Virus record (IMG/VR): IMGVR_UViG_3300037067_013379
Location: 13,497 to 77,496 of that record
Length of the DNA stretch: 64,000 nt
Reading direction: 5' to 3' (one strand)
Origin: a virus
Taxonomy: Duplodnaviria > Caudoviricetes
Part shown: piece after piece, positions 19,071 to 28,717 of the stretch
Layout: every line of letters starts with the position of its first letter
How positions within the stretch are numbered: the first letter of the stretch is position 1
Notes under the pieces: generated by a model
The model's input: the letters and a program-made list of their open reading frames with translations, nothing else
What the model was told of the DNA's origin: nothing
The model's database searches: none
Translations under genes and position numbers: made by a program

Positions 19071-20891
19071 ATGGGATACGAGTTCCCGTTCGCGGTGCCG
19101 GAGGATTTGTCCACCGCGACCGACGACGAACTGACCACGCTACTGACCAGCGTCCGCGAACACGCCGGAACGTTCTCCGGCGTCACCCCAAACCGCGACG
19201 TCATCGACGCCCTCACCGCATGCCGCGACCTCGCACGCAGCGTCACCGACACCCTGTCCGTGCGCAGTGAGGCACGCGCGCTCGCCGCCGACATCGACAC
19301 CACCACGGCCCCGGCCCCGGCCCAGGCGGCGGCGGCGGCCGACGCCGACGGTGGTGGCGCTTCCGACACCGACGCCGACACCGACGAGGGCGGCACCGAC
19401 GCCGACGAGGGCGGCACCGACGCCGACGGGGGCGGTGCCGTCACGGCTGCGGCGAAGACCCGGAACCCGTCCGTCCGCGACATCGCCGCCCGACGCGCCG
19501 GAACCCCCGACCTCCCCGACAACATCCTCCACACCACCGTGACGATGCACGCGGCAGCCGACGTACCCGGCCGGTTCTCCACCGGCCAGACCCTCGAAGG
19601 GTTCGGCGACGCGGTCAAGGCCCTGTCGTACCAGGTCGACCGGTACCCCCGGGCGCGCGATGCGGGCGCCACGATCGTCCGCAGGGGCGCTGACATCGAG
19701 ACGATGATCGTCGCCGAGGACGGAACGGCACGATTCGAGATGCGGACCTTCACCCGTCACGGCGGGGTCGAGTTCCGGCGGCAGTTCCCGAAGGAACTTC
19801 GCGTTCCGGACGGTGCCGACGGGTATCCGGTCGCGCAGTTCGCGGCGTCGGAGCGGCGCCTCCCGGGCGGTTCCCTCGCCGCGTCGTTCGCACAGCAGGT
19901 GAAGGGCGGCCGGCCGATCACGGCCGCCGCGGGATGGTGCGCGCCGTCCGAGCCGATCTACGACCTGTGCGAACTGTCGACGCTCGACGGCATCCTCGAC
20001 GTCCCGGAGCTCCAGACCGAGCGGGGCGGTTGGCAGATCCCGACCGGCGGCGGCCCCAACTTCGCCACCGTGTGGTCCGGGATCGGCAACTCCGGCACCA
20101 CGCACCTCACCGAGGCGGAGGTGATCGCCGAGTCGCCGTCGAAGTACTGTTTCGACATCCCGTGTCCGGGATTCACCGACACGCGTCTGGGTGTCGACTA
20201 CTTCTGTCTCACCGGGTCGTTGCTGCAGCGTCGCGGGTATCCAGAGGTTGTGCGGTGGTTCAGCAACCAGGCAATGATCGCCCTCCCACACAAGATCAAC
20301 ATGGGTTTCATTGCCGCGATCGTCGCCGCGTCCGGCGCCGCCACGGTCATCCCGACCGACGCGACGTGTGACGACGCGATCTCCAGCCTCCTCGGCGCCG
20401 TCGACCTCGCCATCGCCGACGCCAAGTACCGCAACCGCATGGCATTCAACGGCACCCTCGAGGTCGTGCTGCCGATGTGGGTCCTGACGCAGTTGCGCGC
20501 GGCCGGCACGCGCCGTACGGGCGTCGACATGGTCGGGATCACCGACGCGCAGATCGTCGAGTGGTTCACGATCCGTAAGGCCGTGCCGCGGTTCGTGTAC
20601 GACTGGCAGGACGCGTTCAGCGGCGTGTCGGCCGGTCCCGGTGGCGCCACCCCGCTGTCCGCCCTTCCCCTCACGGCCGACTTCCTGATCTACCCGGCCG
20701 GCACGTGGGTCAAGGCGGTGCAACCGGTCGTATCCCTGGACACGGTGTACGACTCGACCAAACTCCTGACGAACGAGTACACGGCGATGTTCGTCGAGGA
20801 CGGCTGGGCGGCGCTGCAGATGTGCCCGCTCTCCCGCCTCTACACCACCTCGGTCGACCCGGGTTGCATGTGCATCTGCGCCCACTCCTGA
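19071..20891 (+). CDS. Major capsid protein (hexamer-type) with N-terminal scaffold-like region
   Basis: 606 aa; acidic, Ala-rich N-terminus, then TAAAGWCAPSEPIYDL and RGGWQIP motifs of actinophage capsids. Confidence 0.85.
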   Translation: MGYEFPFAVPEDLSTATDDELTTLLTSVREHAGTFSGVTPNRDVIDALTACRDLARSVTDTLSVRSEARALAADIDTTTAPAPAQAAAAADADGGGASDTDADTDEGGTDADEGGTDADGGGAVTAAAKTRNPSVRDIAARRAGTPDLPDNILHTTVTMHAAADVPGRFSTGQTLEGFGDAVKALSYQVDRYPRARDAGATIVRRGADIETMIVAEDGTARFEMRTFTRHGGVEFRRQFPKELRVPDGADGYPVAQFAASERRLPGGSLAASFAQQVKGGRPITAAAGWCAPSEPIYDLCELSTLDGILDVPELQTERGGWQIPTGGGPNFATVWSGIGNSGTTHLTEAEVIAESPSKYCFDIPCPGFTDTRLGVDYFCLTGSLLQRRGYPEVVRWFSNQAMIALPHKINMGFIAAIVAASGAATVIPTDATCDDAISSLLGAVDLAIADAKYRNRMAFNGTLEVVLPMWVLTQLRAAGTRRTGVDMVGITDAQIVEWFTIRKAVPRFVYDWQDAFSGVSAGPGGATPLSALPLTADFLIYPAGTWVKAVQPVVSLDTVYDSTKLLTNEYTAMFVEDGWAALQMCPLSRLYTTSVDPGCMCICAHS

Positions 20892-20929
20892 CCGTCGACC
20901 CCGGTCGACATGAAGGGAGGTGAGCGACC

Positions 20930-21730
20930 ATGGTGATCACGCCACCGCAGGTGGTGCCGCCACCGCAGCCCCTCGGCCTCCGCTACGGACTCCTGAAGGT
21001 TGCGGGCCCGATCGACCTGCCAACCCACGCGCTGGCGGGCGGGATCGTATACGAACCGGTGTCGTGCGGATTCGCCAGAACATACGCGACGCTGTGTCAC
21101 ACCGATGAACGAATCGAACAAAAGGAGTTTGACCCGGACGACACGCCCATCACTCGCGAATCGTTCGTGATCTACGCGTCCCTCGCCTGCGGAAGCGCCG
21201 GGAAGACGTCGGCGGACCTCGAAGCCAAGGTGCGCCGACGGCTGGCCAACGGCGAACAGTCCCAGGCGGAGGCCGGAATGGCGACGATCCTCGCCGCCGG
21301 TGCCACCCCGCTGATCCCACCGGGACTAACCCTCGCGGACACGGTCGGCGAACTGGAGCAGTGGCTATACGGATCCGACGTGTTGCCGGCCCCGGCCGAC
21401 GCGCAGTACGGAAACGTCGGCTACCTCCACGCCTCACCGCGGATCGCCGCCCATGCGATGGACGCGGACCTCATCGTTCCCGACGGTCCGCTCCTGCGTA
21501 CCCGCATGGGCACGATCTGGTCGTTCGGCGGCGGATACCCGGACGACGGCACCATCTACATCTCGGGCAACGTCACCGTGTGGCGGGCCCCAGACGTGTT
21601 CGTGTCGCCGCCACAGCAACTCCTCAACCAGGCAACGAACCAATATCATCTGATAGCGGAACGTGAATATGTGGTGTCGTACGACTGCGTCGCCGCATCC
21701 GCCATCTACAACTGGGGCATCCCAACATGA
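20930..21730 (+). CDS. Second capsid protein (putative pentamer-type)
   Basis: Follows the MCP; 266 aa with PLGLRYGL..GIVYEPVSCG and AEREYVV. The position matches the hexamer/pentamer gene pair of cluster B-like actinophages. Confidence 0.55.
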   Translation: MVITPPQVVPPPQPLGLRYGLLKVAGPIDLPTHALAGGIVYEPVSCGFARTYATLCHTDERIEQKEFDPDDTPITRESFVIYASLACGSAGKTSADLEAKVRRRLANGEQSQAEAGMATILAAGATPLIPPGLTLADTVGELEQWLYGSDVLPAPADAQYGNVGYLHASPRIAAHAMDADLIVPDGPLLRTRMGTIWSFGGGYPDDGTIYISGNVTVWRAPDVFVSPPQQLLNQATNQYHLIAEREYVVSYDCVAASAIYNWGIPT

Positions 21731-22017
21731 CGATCATCATCAAGGACGTCCCGGGACTGACCACCCGCGAACTCCTCGACGCGCTCATGGACATCACCGG
21801 TTCGGTCACCACCGGACACGGCGGGTTTGTGGTCGAGGAGGAGGTAGCCGAGCAGTTCCTCTCGGCCTACCTCGTCGCATCCGGGCAACGACCCGCCACG
21901 GCCGGTACGCCGGCCGTGGCCGGGCCGCCCGATGGTCCATCCAGGGACGTCGACGCACCCGGGCCGGAACCGGCCCGGACGACAACCCGCCGTGCGGGCA
22001 GACGAAAGGAGGCGTAG
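21727..22017 (+). CDS. Small virion-region protein
   Basis: Coupled overlaps on both sides. Confidence 0.65.
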   Translation: MTIIIKDVPGLTTRELLDALMDITGSVTTGHGGFVVEEEVAEQFLSAYLVASGQRPATAGTPAVAGPPDGPSRDVDAPGPEPARTTTRRAGRRKEA

Positions 22018-22715
22018 TGGCAACCTGCGTGAGTTACCTGCAAGGACTCGTGATCCGGGCGACGAAACTGGACACGTGCGGAGCCCCGGTCGCCGGCACG
22101 TGCTCCACCGTGACCAGCAAAGGCTTCATCTCGATGGAGATCGAGGCCGACGAGGCGAGCGGAAACGAGATCGCCCCGACGCTCGCCGACGGCACACGCT
22201 GCTACTACCACCTGACCCCGAAGCAGCTCAACGGCATCAAGGTCAACATCGAGTTGTGCCAGGTCGACCCGGAACTCGTCAACCTGGTAACCGGATCGCC
22301 GCTCGTCGTCGACGACACGTCACCGACCCCGGCGTCGATCGGGTTCACCACCGACAGCGCGGCGTACGGCCTCGCCAACGTCGCCATCGAGTTGTGGATG
22401 AACATCGCCGGTGGCGGCTGCTCGTCCGCATCCGGGCGCAAGTGGGGTTACTACCTCCTGCCCTGGCTGCACCAGGGAACCGTGGGGAAGCCCACGGTCG
22501 AGAATGACGCGGTCAACTTCACGATCAACGAGGCGATCACGCGGGACGGCAACCAGTGGGGTGTCGGCCCGTACAACATCCAGAACACCGCCCTCGGCGT
22601 CCCCTCGCCGCTCTTCACGGCGCTGTCCAGCACGGCGCACGACCTGCTCATGCCCGTCAACCTTGCACCGCCGAGCGCGGTGTGCGGCTGCCAGACCCTC
22701 GTCATCCCAACCTGA
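22017..22715 (+). CDS. Major tail protein
   Basis: GTG follows AAGGAGG. LQGLVIRATKLDTCG..GF, ELCQVDPEL and WGVGPY segments; a terminator follows. Confidence 0.75.
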   Translation: MATCVSYLQGLVIRATKLDTCGAPVAGTCSTVTSKGFISMEIEADEASGNEIAPTLADGTRCYYHLTPKQLNGIKVNIELCQVDPELVNLVTGSPLVVDDTSPTPASIGFTTDSAAYGLANVAIELWMNIAGGGCSSASGRKWGYYLLPWLHQGTVGKPTVENDAVNFTINEAITRDGNQWGVGPYNIQNTALGVPSPLFTALSSTAHDLLMPVNLAPPSAVCGCQTLVIPT

Positions 22716-22723
22716 CCGAAACC

Positions 22724-22758
22724 CCGGGCCGGCCCCACATCCGTCGGGGCCGGCCCGG
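22724..22758 (+). terminator. Hairpin terminator after the major tail gene
   Basis: CCGGGCCGGCCCC...GGGGCCGGCCCGG. Confidence 0.65.
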
Positions 22759-22841
22759 CGATCGGAGGTCCCCGTGGCGCTTCCCATCGACGTCAACACG
22801 TGGCGACGCGCCACCCTCAACACCTTCTGAGGAGCACCACC

Positions 22842-23282
22842 ATGACGATTCGCCTCCCGGTCGCGTCGCGGAACGCCGCAGCCGACGCGATAGCCGCGCG
22901 GACTGATGCCGGTGCCGGCTCGGGCCTCGTGCGGGTCTACACCGGTAGCCAGCCGGCATCGGCCGACCTCGCCGCCACCGGAACCCTCCTCGCCGCGTTC
23001 ACCACCAACGACCCGGCGTTCGCGGCGGCCGGTTCCGGCACCGCGACCCTCGATGTCACCCCCGCGTTGTCCACGGTCGGGGTAGCGGCCGGCGACGCCG
23101 GATGGTTCCGCGTCGTCGACTCCACCGGCGCCACCGTCATCGACTCCACCGGCGCCACCGTCATCGACGGGTCCGTCTCGGCGTCCGGCGGCGGAGGTGA
23201 CCTGATCATGAGTACGATCACGGTCAGTGTCGGCCTGACCCTCCAACTGACCGCCGGAACGATGACCATGCCTGCGTCATGA
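22842..23282 (+). CDS. Virion structural protein (beta-rich)
   Basis: ATG follows GAGGAG. RNAAADA..YTGSQP..GWFRV..DGSV pattern seen in phage structural genes. Confidence 0.7.
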   Translation: MTIRLPVASRNAAADAIAARTDAGAGSGLVRVYTGSQPASADLAATGTLLAAFTTNDPAFAAAGSGTATLDVTPALSTVGVAAGDAGWFRVVDSTGATVIDSTGATVIDGSVSASGGGGDLIMSTITVSVGLTLQLTAGTMTMPAS

Positions 23283-24157
23283 GCCGTCACTTCACCGGGG
23301 CGTCGGGCGACTACGTCGACCTCGGGCCCGGCAACGCCGCGAACGTCGACGGCGGACCCGGGACGATCATGGCGTTGTGGAGGCCGACGACCGTCCACGA
23401 GGGATGGTTGATCGACTCGGAAACCGCCACGAACCTCCACGCCTTCTCCATCAACCCGTACAGCGACGGCGCGCTGTGGCACACCATGGTCGGGTTCCGG
23501 TCGACCATGACGTACACGGCTGCGGACGGCTGGCGCCTTGACCTGTGGACCAAACCCACGGGAACCGTCGCGGTCCGTGGCCACACCCTGCTCCTGTCCG
23601 GTGGAGGCTGGACCCATACCGACTACGGGTCGTCCGCCGACTCCACCAACGTCCCGACCGCGCACTTCCGCGTCGGCCGGCACTTCACCTCCGGTGGCGC
23701 CCTCAACGCCGACGTCGCGGCGATGGCCGTGATCGGCGCGAACTGGTCCGACGCGACGATCGAGGCCGCGTCGCTGTCCACCGGCCTCGCCCAATGGATC
23801 ACGGCTATCGGGGCCGACCCGGCCGTGGTGTGGGCGTTCAACCAGGCCATGGTGTCCGACCCGGTCCTCGACGTCACCGGCGGCGGCGGCGACCAGTTGG
23901 CGATCAGTGGGACATCGATCGGCGCCGACCCGCCCGGGTTCTCCTACGTGCTGTCGCCCCCGACGGATTGCGCCTTCACCGCCACCCTCCCCGCCATGTC
24001 CGGTGCGTTCGCGGAGACGTCGACGGCGACTGGGGCGTTCACGGCCGGCCTACCGGCACTGGACGCGCACCTGTTGATCGGGGCGAACATCCCCCCGCCG
24101 CTCATGGCCGGTACCGCCGTGGTGCGTGCCCTGTCCGGTACCGCCACGGCGACGTGA
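23279..24157 (+). CDS. Putative ConA/LamG-like minor structural protein
   Basis: Beta-rich, with YVDLG, W..H and IG...VAAMAV..W pattern. Confidence 0.5.
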   Translation: MSRHFTGASGDYVDLGPGNAANVDGGPGTIMALWRPTTVHEGWLIDSETATNLHAFSINPYSDGALWHTMVGFRSTMTYTAADGWRLDLWTKPTGTVAVRGHTLLLSGGGWTHTDYGSSADSTNVPTAHFRVGRHFTSGGALNADVAAMAVIGANWSDATIEAASLSTGLAQWITAIGADPAVVWAFNQAMVSDPVLDVTGGGGDQLAISGTSIGADPPGFSYVLSPPTDCAFTATLPAMSGAFAETSTATGAFTAGLPALDAHLLIGANIPPPLMAGTAVVRALSGTATAT

Positions 24158-24167
24158 GGAGGCCAGC

Positions 24168-24518
24168 GTGGCGACGTTAGTTCCGTTGACGATGCACGAG
24201 GACAACGACGAGGTTATCGACCTGGTCATCACACCGGTCGTGTCGACCGACGATCTGTCCCTCGTCACGGCCCTCAAGTTCTATCTGAAGCCGGACGTGT
24301 GTACGGCGGACACCGACGCGTCGACGACCGTGTTGACGTCGGCCGTGCCGGCACAGATCACGATCACGGCCCAGGCGGCGGCGCGGATCGACGCGACGGT
24401 GTACGTGCCGGCCGCCGCCCTCGCAGACCCGTACACGCGTACGTGGCGCGTCGACGCCTACGTTGGCACCACGCATCGGACCGCGATGTACGGTCCTGTC
24501 ACGGTCGTTGATCTGTAG
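24168..24518 (+). CDS. Small beta-sandwich structural protein
   Basis: GTG follows GAGGAGG; lies in the structural operon. Confidence 0.6.
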   Translation: MATLVPLTMHEDNDEVIDLVITPVVSTDDLSLVTALKFYLKPDVCTADTDASTTVLTSAVPAQITITAQAAARIDATVYVPAAALADPYTRTWRVDAYVGTTHRTAMYGPVTVVDL

Positions 24519-24529
24519 GGGGTGCCGAC

Positions 24530-25312
24530 ATGTCCGGTCCATGCGGATGGGAGATCACTACGTGCGGGTGCGGGTCCTGTTGGAACACCTACACCCCGGA
24601 GGTGCGGGAGACGGCGGCGGCCCTCGCGATCGGCGTGATGTGGATGGCCACGGCCCGCCGCTACGGGCTGTGTGACGTGGTGGTGCAGCCGTGCGCGAAG
24701 CCGGTGCTGTTGCGGGAGTACCAGACGTATCCGGTCGACCGCGCCGACTACGGGGGTGCGTACATCCGGGAGGGCCAGTGGTACAACGGGTGCACCGGGC
24801 AGGATGAGGATGCCGGGTGTTGCTCCGGCTGCGAACTCGACCTCGAGGGGCCGACGACGACGGCCGGGATCACCGAGGTCACGATCGACGGCGTGATCCT
24901 TCCTCCGGCGTCGTACGAGGTCATGAACGGTCACATTCTGGTGCGTACCGATGGGGTGTGCTGGCCAACGTGCACCAACTACTCGGTGCAGAGTCCTCCG
25001 GCGCTGCAGGTCGAGTACAAGAAGGGGATTGCGATCCCGACGCATGTGCAGAAGGCGACCGAGCGCCTTGCGTGTGAGTGGGCGAAGGCCTGCGCGGGGA
25101 ACGCTGCATGCGCGCTTCCCCGCCGTCTCCGGTCGCTGACGCGGCAGGGGGTGGAGGCCGTGGTGGAGGAACTGTCGACGAGCGACCCGGGGCGTGTCCG
25201 GACCGGGGTGCCCGAGGTTGACATAATCATTGCGTTGGAGAATCCACACGGCCGGCCGATGGCGTCGATCGTGTGGAGTCCGGACGAACGTCCACCTAGG
25301 GTGCTCTCATGA
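24530..25312 (+). CDS. Head-to-tail adaptor (Cys-rich)
   Basis: A...LW.ATARRYGLC..RP, LACEWAKAC..C.LP..L.SLTRQGV and TGVPEVD..I...NP pattern. Confidence 0.7.
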   Translation: MSGPCGWEITTCGCGSCWNTYTPEVRETAAALAIGVMWMATARRYGLCDVVVQPCAKPVLLREYQTYPVDRADYGGAYIREGQWYNGCTGQDEDAGCCSGCELDLEGPTTTAGITEVTIDGVILPPASYEVMNGHILVRTDGVCWPTCTNYSVQSPPALQVEYKKGIAIPTHVQKATERLACEWAKACAGNAACALPRRLRSLTRQGVEAVVEELSTSDPGRVRTGVPEVDIIIALENPHGRPMASIVWSPDERPPRVLS

Positions 25313-25866
25313 CCACCCCGATCGTCGATCCGCTGGTTGCCCCGATTGCCGCCGAACTCGTCGCCTGCCTGACGGCCGAGGCCGCGAAGATCCCGAATCC
25401 GCCGGCTAGTCCCCGGGTCGTGTGCCTGCGTCCAGGGGACCGCGTCGATCTGTTGATCTCCCAAACCGAGGACGAATGCTGTTCCGGTTTGATGTGGGTT
25501 CGGTGGGTTCGGTCCTATCCGTCCGGACAGCAGACGTTCCCGACGCAGGACGATCGGGCAACCCCGTGCGGCGTCCTCCGGTGGGCGGTGCAGTTCGAAC
25601 TGGGCGCCGTCCGGTGCGCACCCACTACCGACACGGAGACCATCCCGACGTGTGACGAGTGGACGGACACGGCCCTCGGTGTCTACGACGACGGCGCCGC
25701 CATCCGGCGCGCGTTGTGCTGCTACGCCGAGAGCCACGAGTATGACGCGACGGTCCTGCAGGAGGAGGGCGCGCCGCTGACCACCGAGGGCGGGTGCGTC
25801 GGGGCCGCGTACCTTGCGACCATCAGCGGCCCCGCCTGCGACTGCGAAGGAGCGTCAACGCTGTGA
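25309..25866 (+). CDS. Head-tail joining / tail terminator-like protein
   Basis: Position after the adaptor; DECC.GLMWVR, ELGAVRCAP and EGGCVG motifs. Confidence 0.55.
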   Translation: MTTPIVDPLVAPIAAELVACLTAEAAKIPNPPASPRVVCLRPGDRVDLLISQTEDECCSGLMWVRWVRSYPSGQQTFPTQDDRATPCGVLRWAVQFELGAVRCAPTTDTETIPTCDEWTDTALGVYDDGAAIRRALCCYAESHEYDATVLQEEGAPLTTEGGCVGAAYLATISGPACDCEGASTL

Positions 25867-26195
25867 CGACCAGACCGCGACGGACGTCGGGCACCCGCGC
25901 CGACGGCGTCCCGACCGAACAAGCACCAGCACCAGCACCAGCACCGGCACCTGAACCGGCGGAGACCATGACGGCCCCGTCGCCGGTGCTGCCCGGCCCC
26001 ATACCCGTCGTCGACCGGTTGGTGATCCTCGACGCCTACGCCGGCCCGGACGGCCTACTCCCCGTCGTCGTCGTCGTGTCGCACGACGCCGTGTTCGCCG
26101 GTCAGCACATCCGGGTACCGATCACCGACCGGGTGGCCGGCCTGATCGAGAAGGGGTTCCTCGAGGTCGACCTCCCCGACACGGACCCGCAATGA
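25863..26195 (+). CDS. Hypothetical protein (Pro/Ala linker)
   Basis: GTGA and ATGA overlaps with its neighbours. Confidence 0.55.
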   Translation: MTTRPRRTSGTRADGVPTEQAPAPAPAPAPEPAETMTAPSPVLPGPIPVVDRLVILDAYAGPDGLLPVVVVVSHDAVFAGQHIRVPITDRVAGLIEKGFLEVDLPDTDPQ

Positions 26196-26632
26196 TCATC
26201 CGTCTGTACGCCAAGAGGATCAAGGGGACAGTGGACCGGGAGGCTGCGAACGCGGCGGCAGCGAAGGTCGGACTGATCGAGGTCACGGACCTGACCCGGA
26301 AGATCACGAATCAGGCGACGATCGATGCGCCCGTCAACACCGGGTTCCTCCGCGGCCAGCACACGATGACCGTGAAGGTCTTGAAGACCCGGGTGAAGGG
26401 AACGGTGGTCAACCGGGCGAAATACGCGTCTGCCGTCCATGACGGATCGGGACCCCACATCATCCGGGCCCGGAAGAAGAAGGTACTTCGATTCGAAGTT
26501 GCCGGGAAAGTCGTATTCGCACGTTCTGTGCGACATCCAGGGACCAGCGCCAACCCGTGGTTGCTCAACGCCGCCGAACGGACCGCCGTAAACGCGGGGT
26601 TCCGGTTCACACGGACGGTAGTCTCCGGATAG
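26192..26632 (+). CDS. HK97 gp10-like tail completion protein
   Basis: APVNTGFLR, YASAVHDG and HPGT..NPWL motifs. Confidence 0.8.
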   Translation: MIIRLYAKRIKGTVDREAANAAAAKVGLIEVTDLTRKITNQATIDAPVNTGFLRGQHTMTVKVLKTRVKGTVVNRAKYASAVHDGSGPHIIRARKKKVLRFEVAGKVVFARSVRHPGTSANPWLLNAAERTAVNAGFRFTRTVVSG

Positions 26633-26653
26633 ATCACGAGGAGGGATGATCGT

Positions 26654-27634
26654 ATGGGCACTGCCCGCTCTACGAGCAGCACCGCGACGACGCCGCGGAA
26701 ACGGGCGCCTCGCAAGGCCACGGCCGGCACGGTGAAACCGGCCACGGACGAACCGGCCGTCGTCGACACGCCGCCACAGCCGCGGAAACGGGGACCGCGC
26801 AAGGCCGCGGGCCGCACGGCGAAACCGGCCGTCGACGCCGCCACGGCCGCGACCGTCGACACGCCACCAGCCCCGGCGCCGACACCGGCCGACCCGGGCG
26901 CGGATCGCATCGCGAAACTCCGACAGATGATCGCCGACGAGGGCCTGGACCCCGACAAGGTCCTCGCCGGCACACAGACCGGCCCCGACGCGGAACCGGC
27001 CCGGGTGGTCGACGGCACGGTCGTCGACGCCGCCGGGTATCCCGACGGGTTTGAGCCGATCCCGGGCGTCGACCTCGCCGGCATACGGCAGATCGTGGTC
27101 GACGCGCGCCGGAACCCGGCGACCGCAGACGTCGTGATCGGCGGCCTGCGAAGCCTCATCGCCGAGAACGGGCACGACCCGGACGCCGTCATCGCCGCCG
27201 CGACGGGTGAGGGAGCCGGCGGCGGCCCGGCGACCAACCCCAACGGGCTCGTCAACGCCATCGTCGACTTCCGCGACCGGAGGATCGAGGTGACGGCGCC
27301 GGAGATCGAGCAGGTCATGGTGATCCGGCGCATGCAGTCGCTGTTCGCGAACGCCGCGAAGATGAAAACGATCACAGCCGACGAGGCGATCCGACTCATG
27401 GACCGGGCGTTGAAGGCCGTGTGTTCGGTCGTCGTCAACCCGGACGACGTCGAATACCTCGAGGATCTTCTACTCACCCGTGAGGCGAAGATCGAGGACA
27501 CGTTGCCGCTGCTCCGCGAGTCGTTGAAGGCCCTCGAACGGGCGAACGCCGACAACGGGAACCGGGCCGCGCGGCGTAAGGCCGCGAAGTCGTCGGGCCG
27601 TGCGGGTCGTGCCGCCCTGGTCACGGCCGAGTAG
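26654..27634 (+). CDS. Tail assembly chaperone with a long N-terminal extension
   Basis: Upstream of the tape measure gene; C-terminal NRAARRKA signature. Confidence 0.65.
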   Translation: MGTARSTSSTATTPRKRAPRKATAGTVKPATDEPAVVDTPPQPRKRGPRKAAGRTAKPAVDAATAATVDTPPAPAPTPADPGADRIAKLRQMIADEGLDPDKVLAGTQTGPDAEPARVVDGTVVDAAGYPDGFEPIPGVDLAGIRQIVVDARRNPATADVVIGGLRSLIAENGHDPDAVIAAATGEGAGGGPATNPNGLVNAIVDFRDRRIEVTAPEIEQVMVIRRMQSLFANAAKMKTITADEAIRLMDRALKAVCSVVVNPDDVEYLEDLLLTREAKIEDTLPLLRESLKALERANADNGNRAARRKAAKSSGRAGRAALVTAE

Positions 27635-27639
27635 CGGCC

Positions 27640-28179
27640 ATGAAGGGCAACGGGATTGCCGCCCTCCGGGCATGGCCGATCACCGTTGACCTCGGTGGGA
27701 CGGACTACCGGATCGCTCCCTATCCGGCGATCCGGTGGGTCGTCCCGATCATCGACGACGACTGGTTCGCCATCGTCCCCGGCATGATCGACCCATCCGA
27801 TCACGGCGTCGACGACGCCCTCGACGCCGGTGCGATCACGCACGAGGACTGCGTCCGGGCAGCCCGTGACGCGGTTGGTGTCGCGGCCGGGGTGCCGTGG
27901 TGGTCGGCAGTCAGGTTGGTGCAGTCGGTGCTCGCGGCCCCGGACGTCACGGGCGAGTTGTTGATCTGCGGGATCGACGTTCAGATCGTGTCCCTCGGCG
28001 CGTTCGTGCAGGCCGCGTATCGGGTGTTCACGCGGGACGCCGACAAGAAGCAGCGGGCGAGGATCGACCGGGACATCGAAGCGGTGCCGCCAGAATTGAC
28101 ACTCGCGGACCGGTGGGAGCCGGAGGCAGAGGCGTCTGGGTTTGAGGCGATGATGCGTCAGCGGGGCGGCAGGGTGTGA
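27640..28179 (+). CDS. Second tail assembly chaperone-like protein
   Basis: Pre-TMP position; LRAWPITV and PWWSAVRL motifs. Confidence 0.6.
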   Translation: MKGNGIAALRAWPITVDLGGTDYRIAPYPAIRWVVPIIDDDWFAIVPGMIDPSDHGVDDALDAGAITHEDCVRAARDAVGVAAGVPWWSAVRLVQSVLAAPDVTGELLICGIDVQIVSLGAFVQAAYRVFTRDADKKQRARIDRDIEAVPPELTLADRWEPEAEASGFEAMMRQRGGRV

Positions 28180-28661
28180 TTGCGGCGGGTTCGGCCGGTC
28201 ACGGCCACGGCCCGTTTGAGCCAGCGGTAGGCGGTCGGGTTCCGGGCGACGTGCCACATGTCCGCTACGGCCTGGGGGCCGCCGCCGGGCCGGCCGGTGG
28301 CGATCGCCCAGTCGTAGACGTCGAGGACCTCATCCCAATGATCACGGCCCCATGACCGGACGCCGACCGGTTTCGGGGCGACGTTGGCGTGCCAGAGTGC
28401 GTCGTTCGGGTGCGTCCCGGACGCTACCGCGACGTGCCGTATCTGCACGAGGGGGAGACGGGCGAGGCCCGCGGAACTGATCCGCGCGGACGGGTGCCGG
28501 GCGATCACGGTCAGTTCGACGATCCGAGCCGGTTCGGTGGTGGTGTCGGTGCGCACGCGCAGGAGGAGGGGCGAGTCGGGGTCGTCGATGGTGACCACGC
28601 CGCTCCTGTCGCGGCTGATTTGCGCGGCCCCGAGGTCGACCAGCGGGGTTGTCATGACCAC
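28158..28661 (-). CDS. Putative DNA-binding protein (C-terminal HTH, DUF6214-like)
   Basis: PQAVADMWHVARNPTAYRWLKRA resembles an HTH; in reverse orientation. Confidence 0.5.
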   Translation of the reverse strand: MVMTTPLVDLGAAQISRDRSGVVTIDDPDSPLLLRVRTDTTTEPARIVELTVIARHPSARISSAGLARLPLVQIRHVAVASGTHPNDALWHANVAPKPVGVRSWGRDHWDEVLDVYDWAIATGRPGGGPQAVADMWHVARNPTAYRWLKRAVAVTGRTRRNHTLPPR

Positions 28662-28717
28662 GGAATGACTATACCCGGATCTTCCATGCCGATCGTGTCA
28701 CTACGCATGATCCGGTC

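Noticed and set aside
19370-19430. 21-bp repeats in the MCP N-terminus as a regulatory element
   Set aside because: In-frame low-complexity linker (DADEGGT); ordinary coding slippage.
19140-20885. 581-aa minus-strand ORF and similar long shadow ORFs (28669-30330, 30391-31788, 41806-43863, 26311-28257)
   Set aside because: Antisense or alternate frames of real high-GC genes, with no motifs or RBS, unlike the intein antisense ORF, which has clear domains.
27600-27660. Programmed frameshift between the tail chaperone genes
   Set aside because: No slippery heptamer is seen; the genes are separated by a stop, 5 nt and a new ATG.
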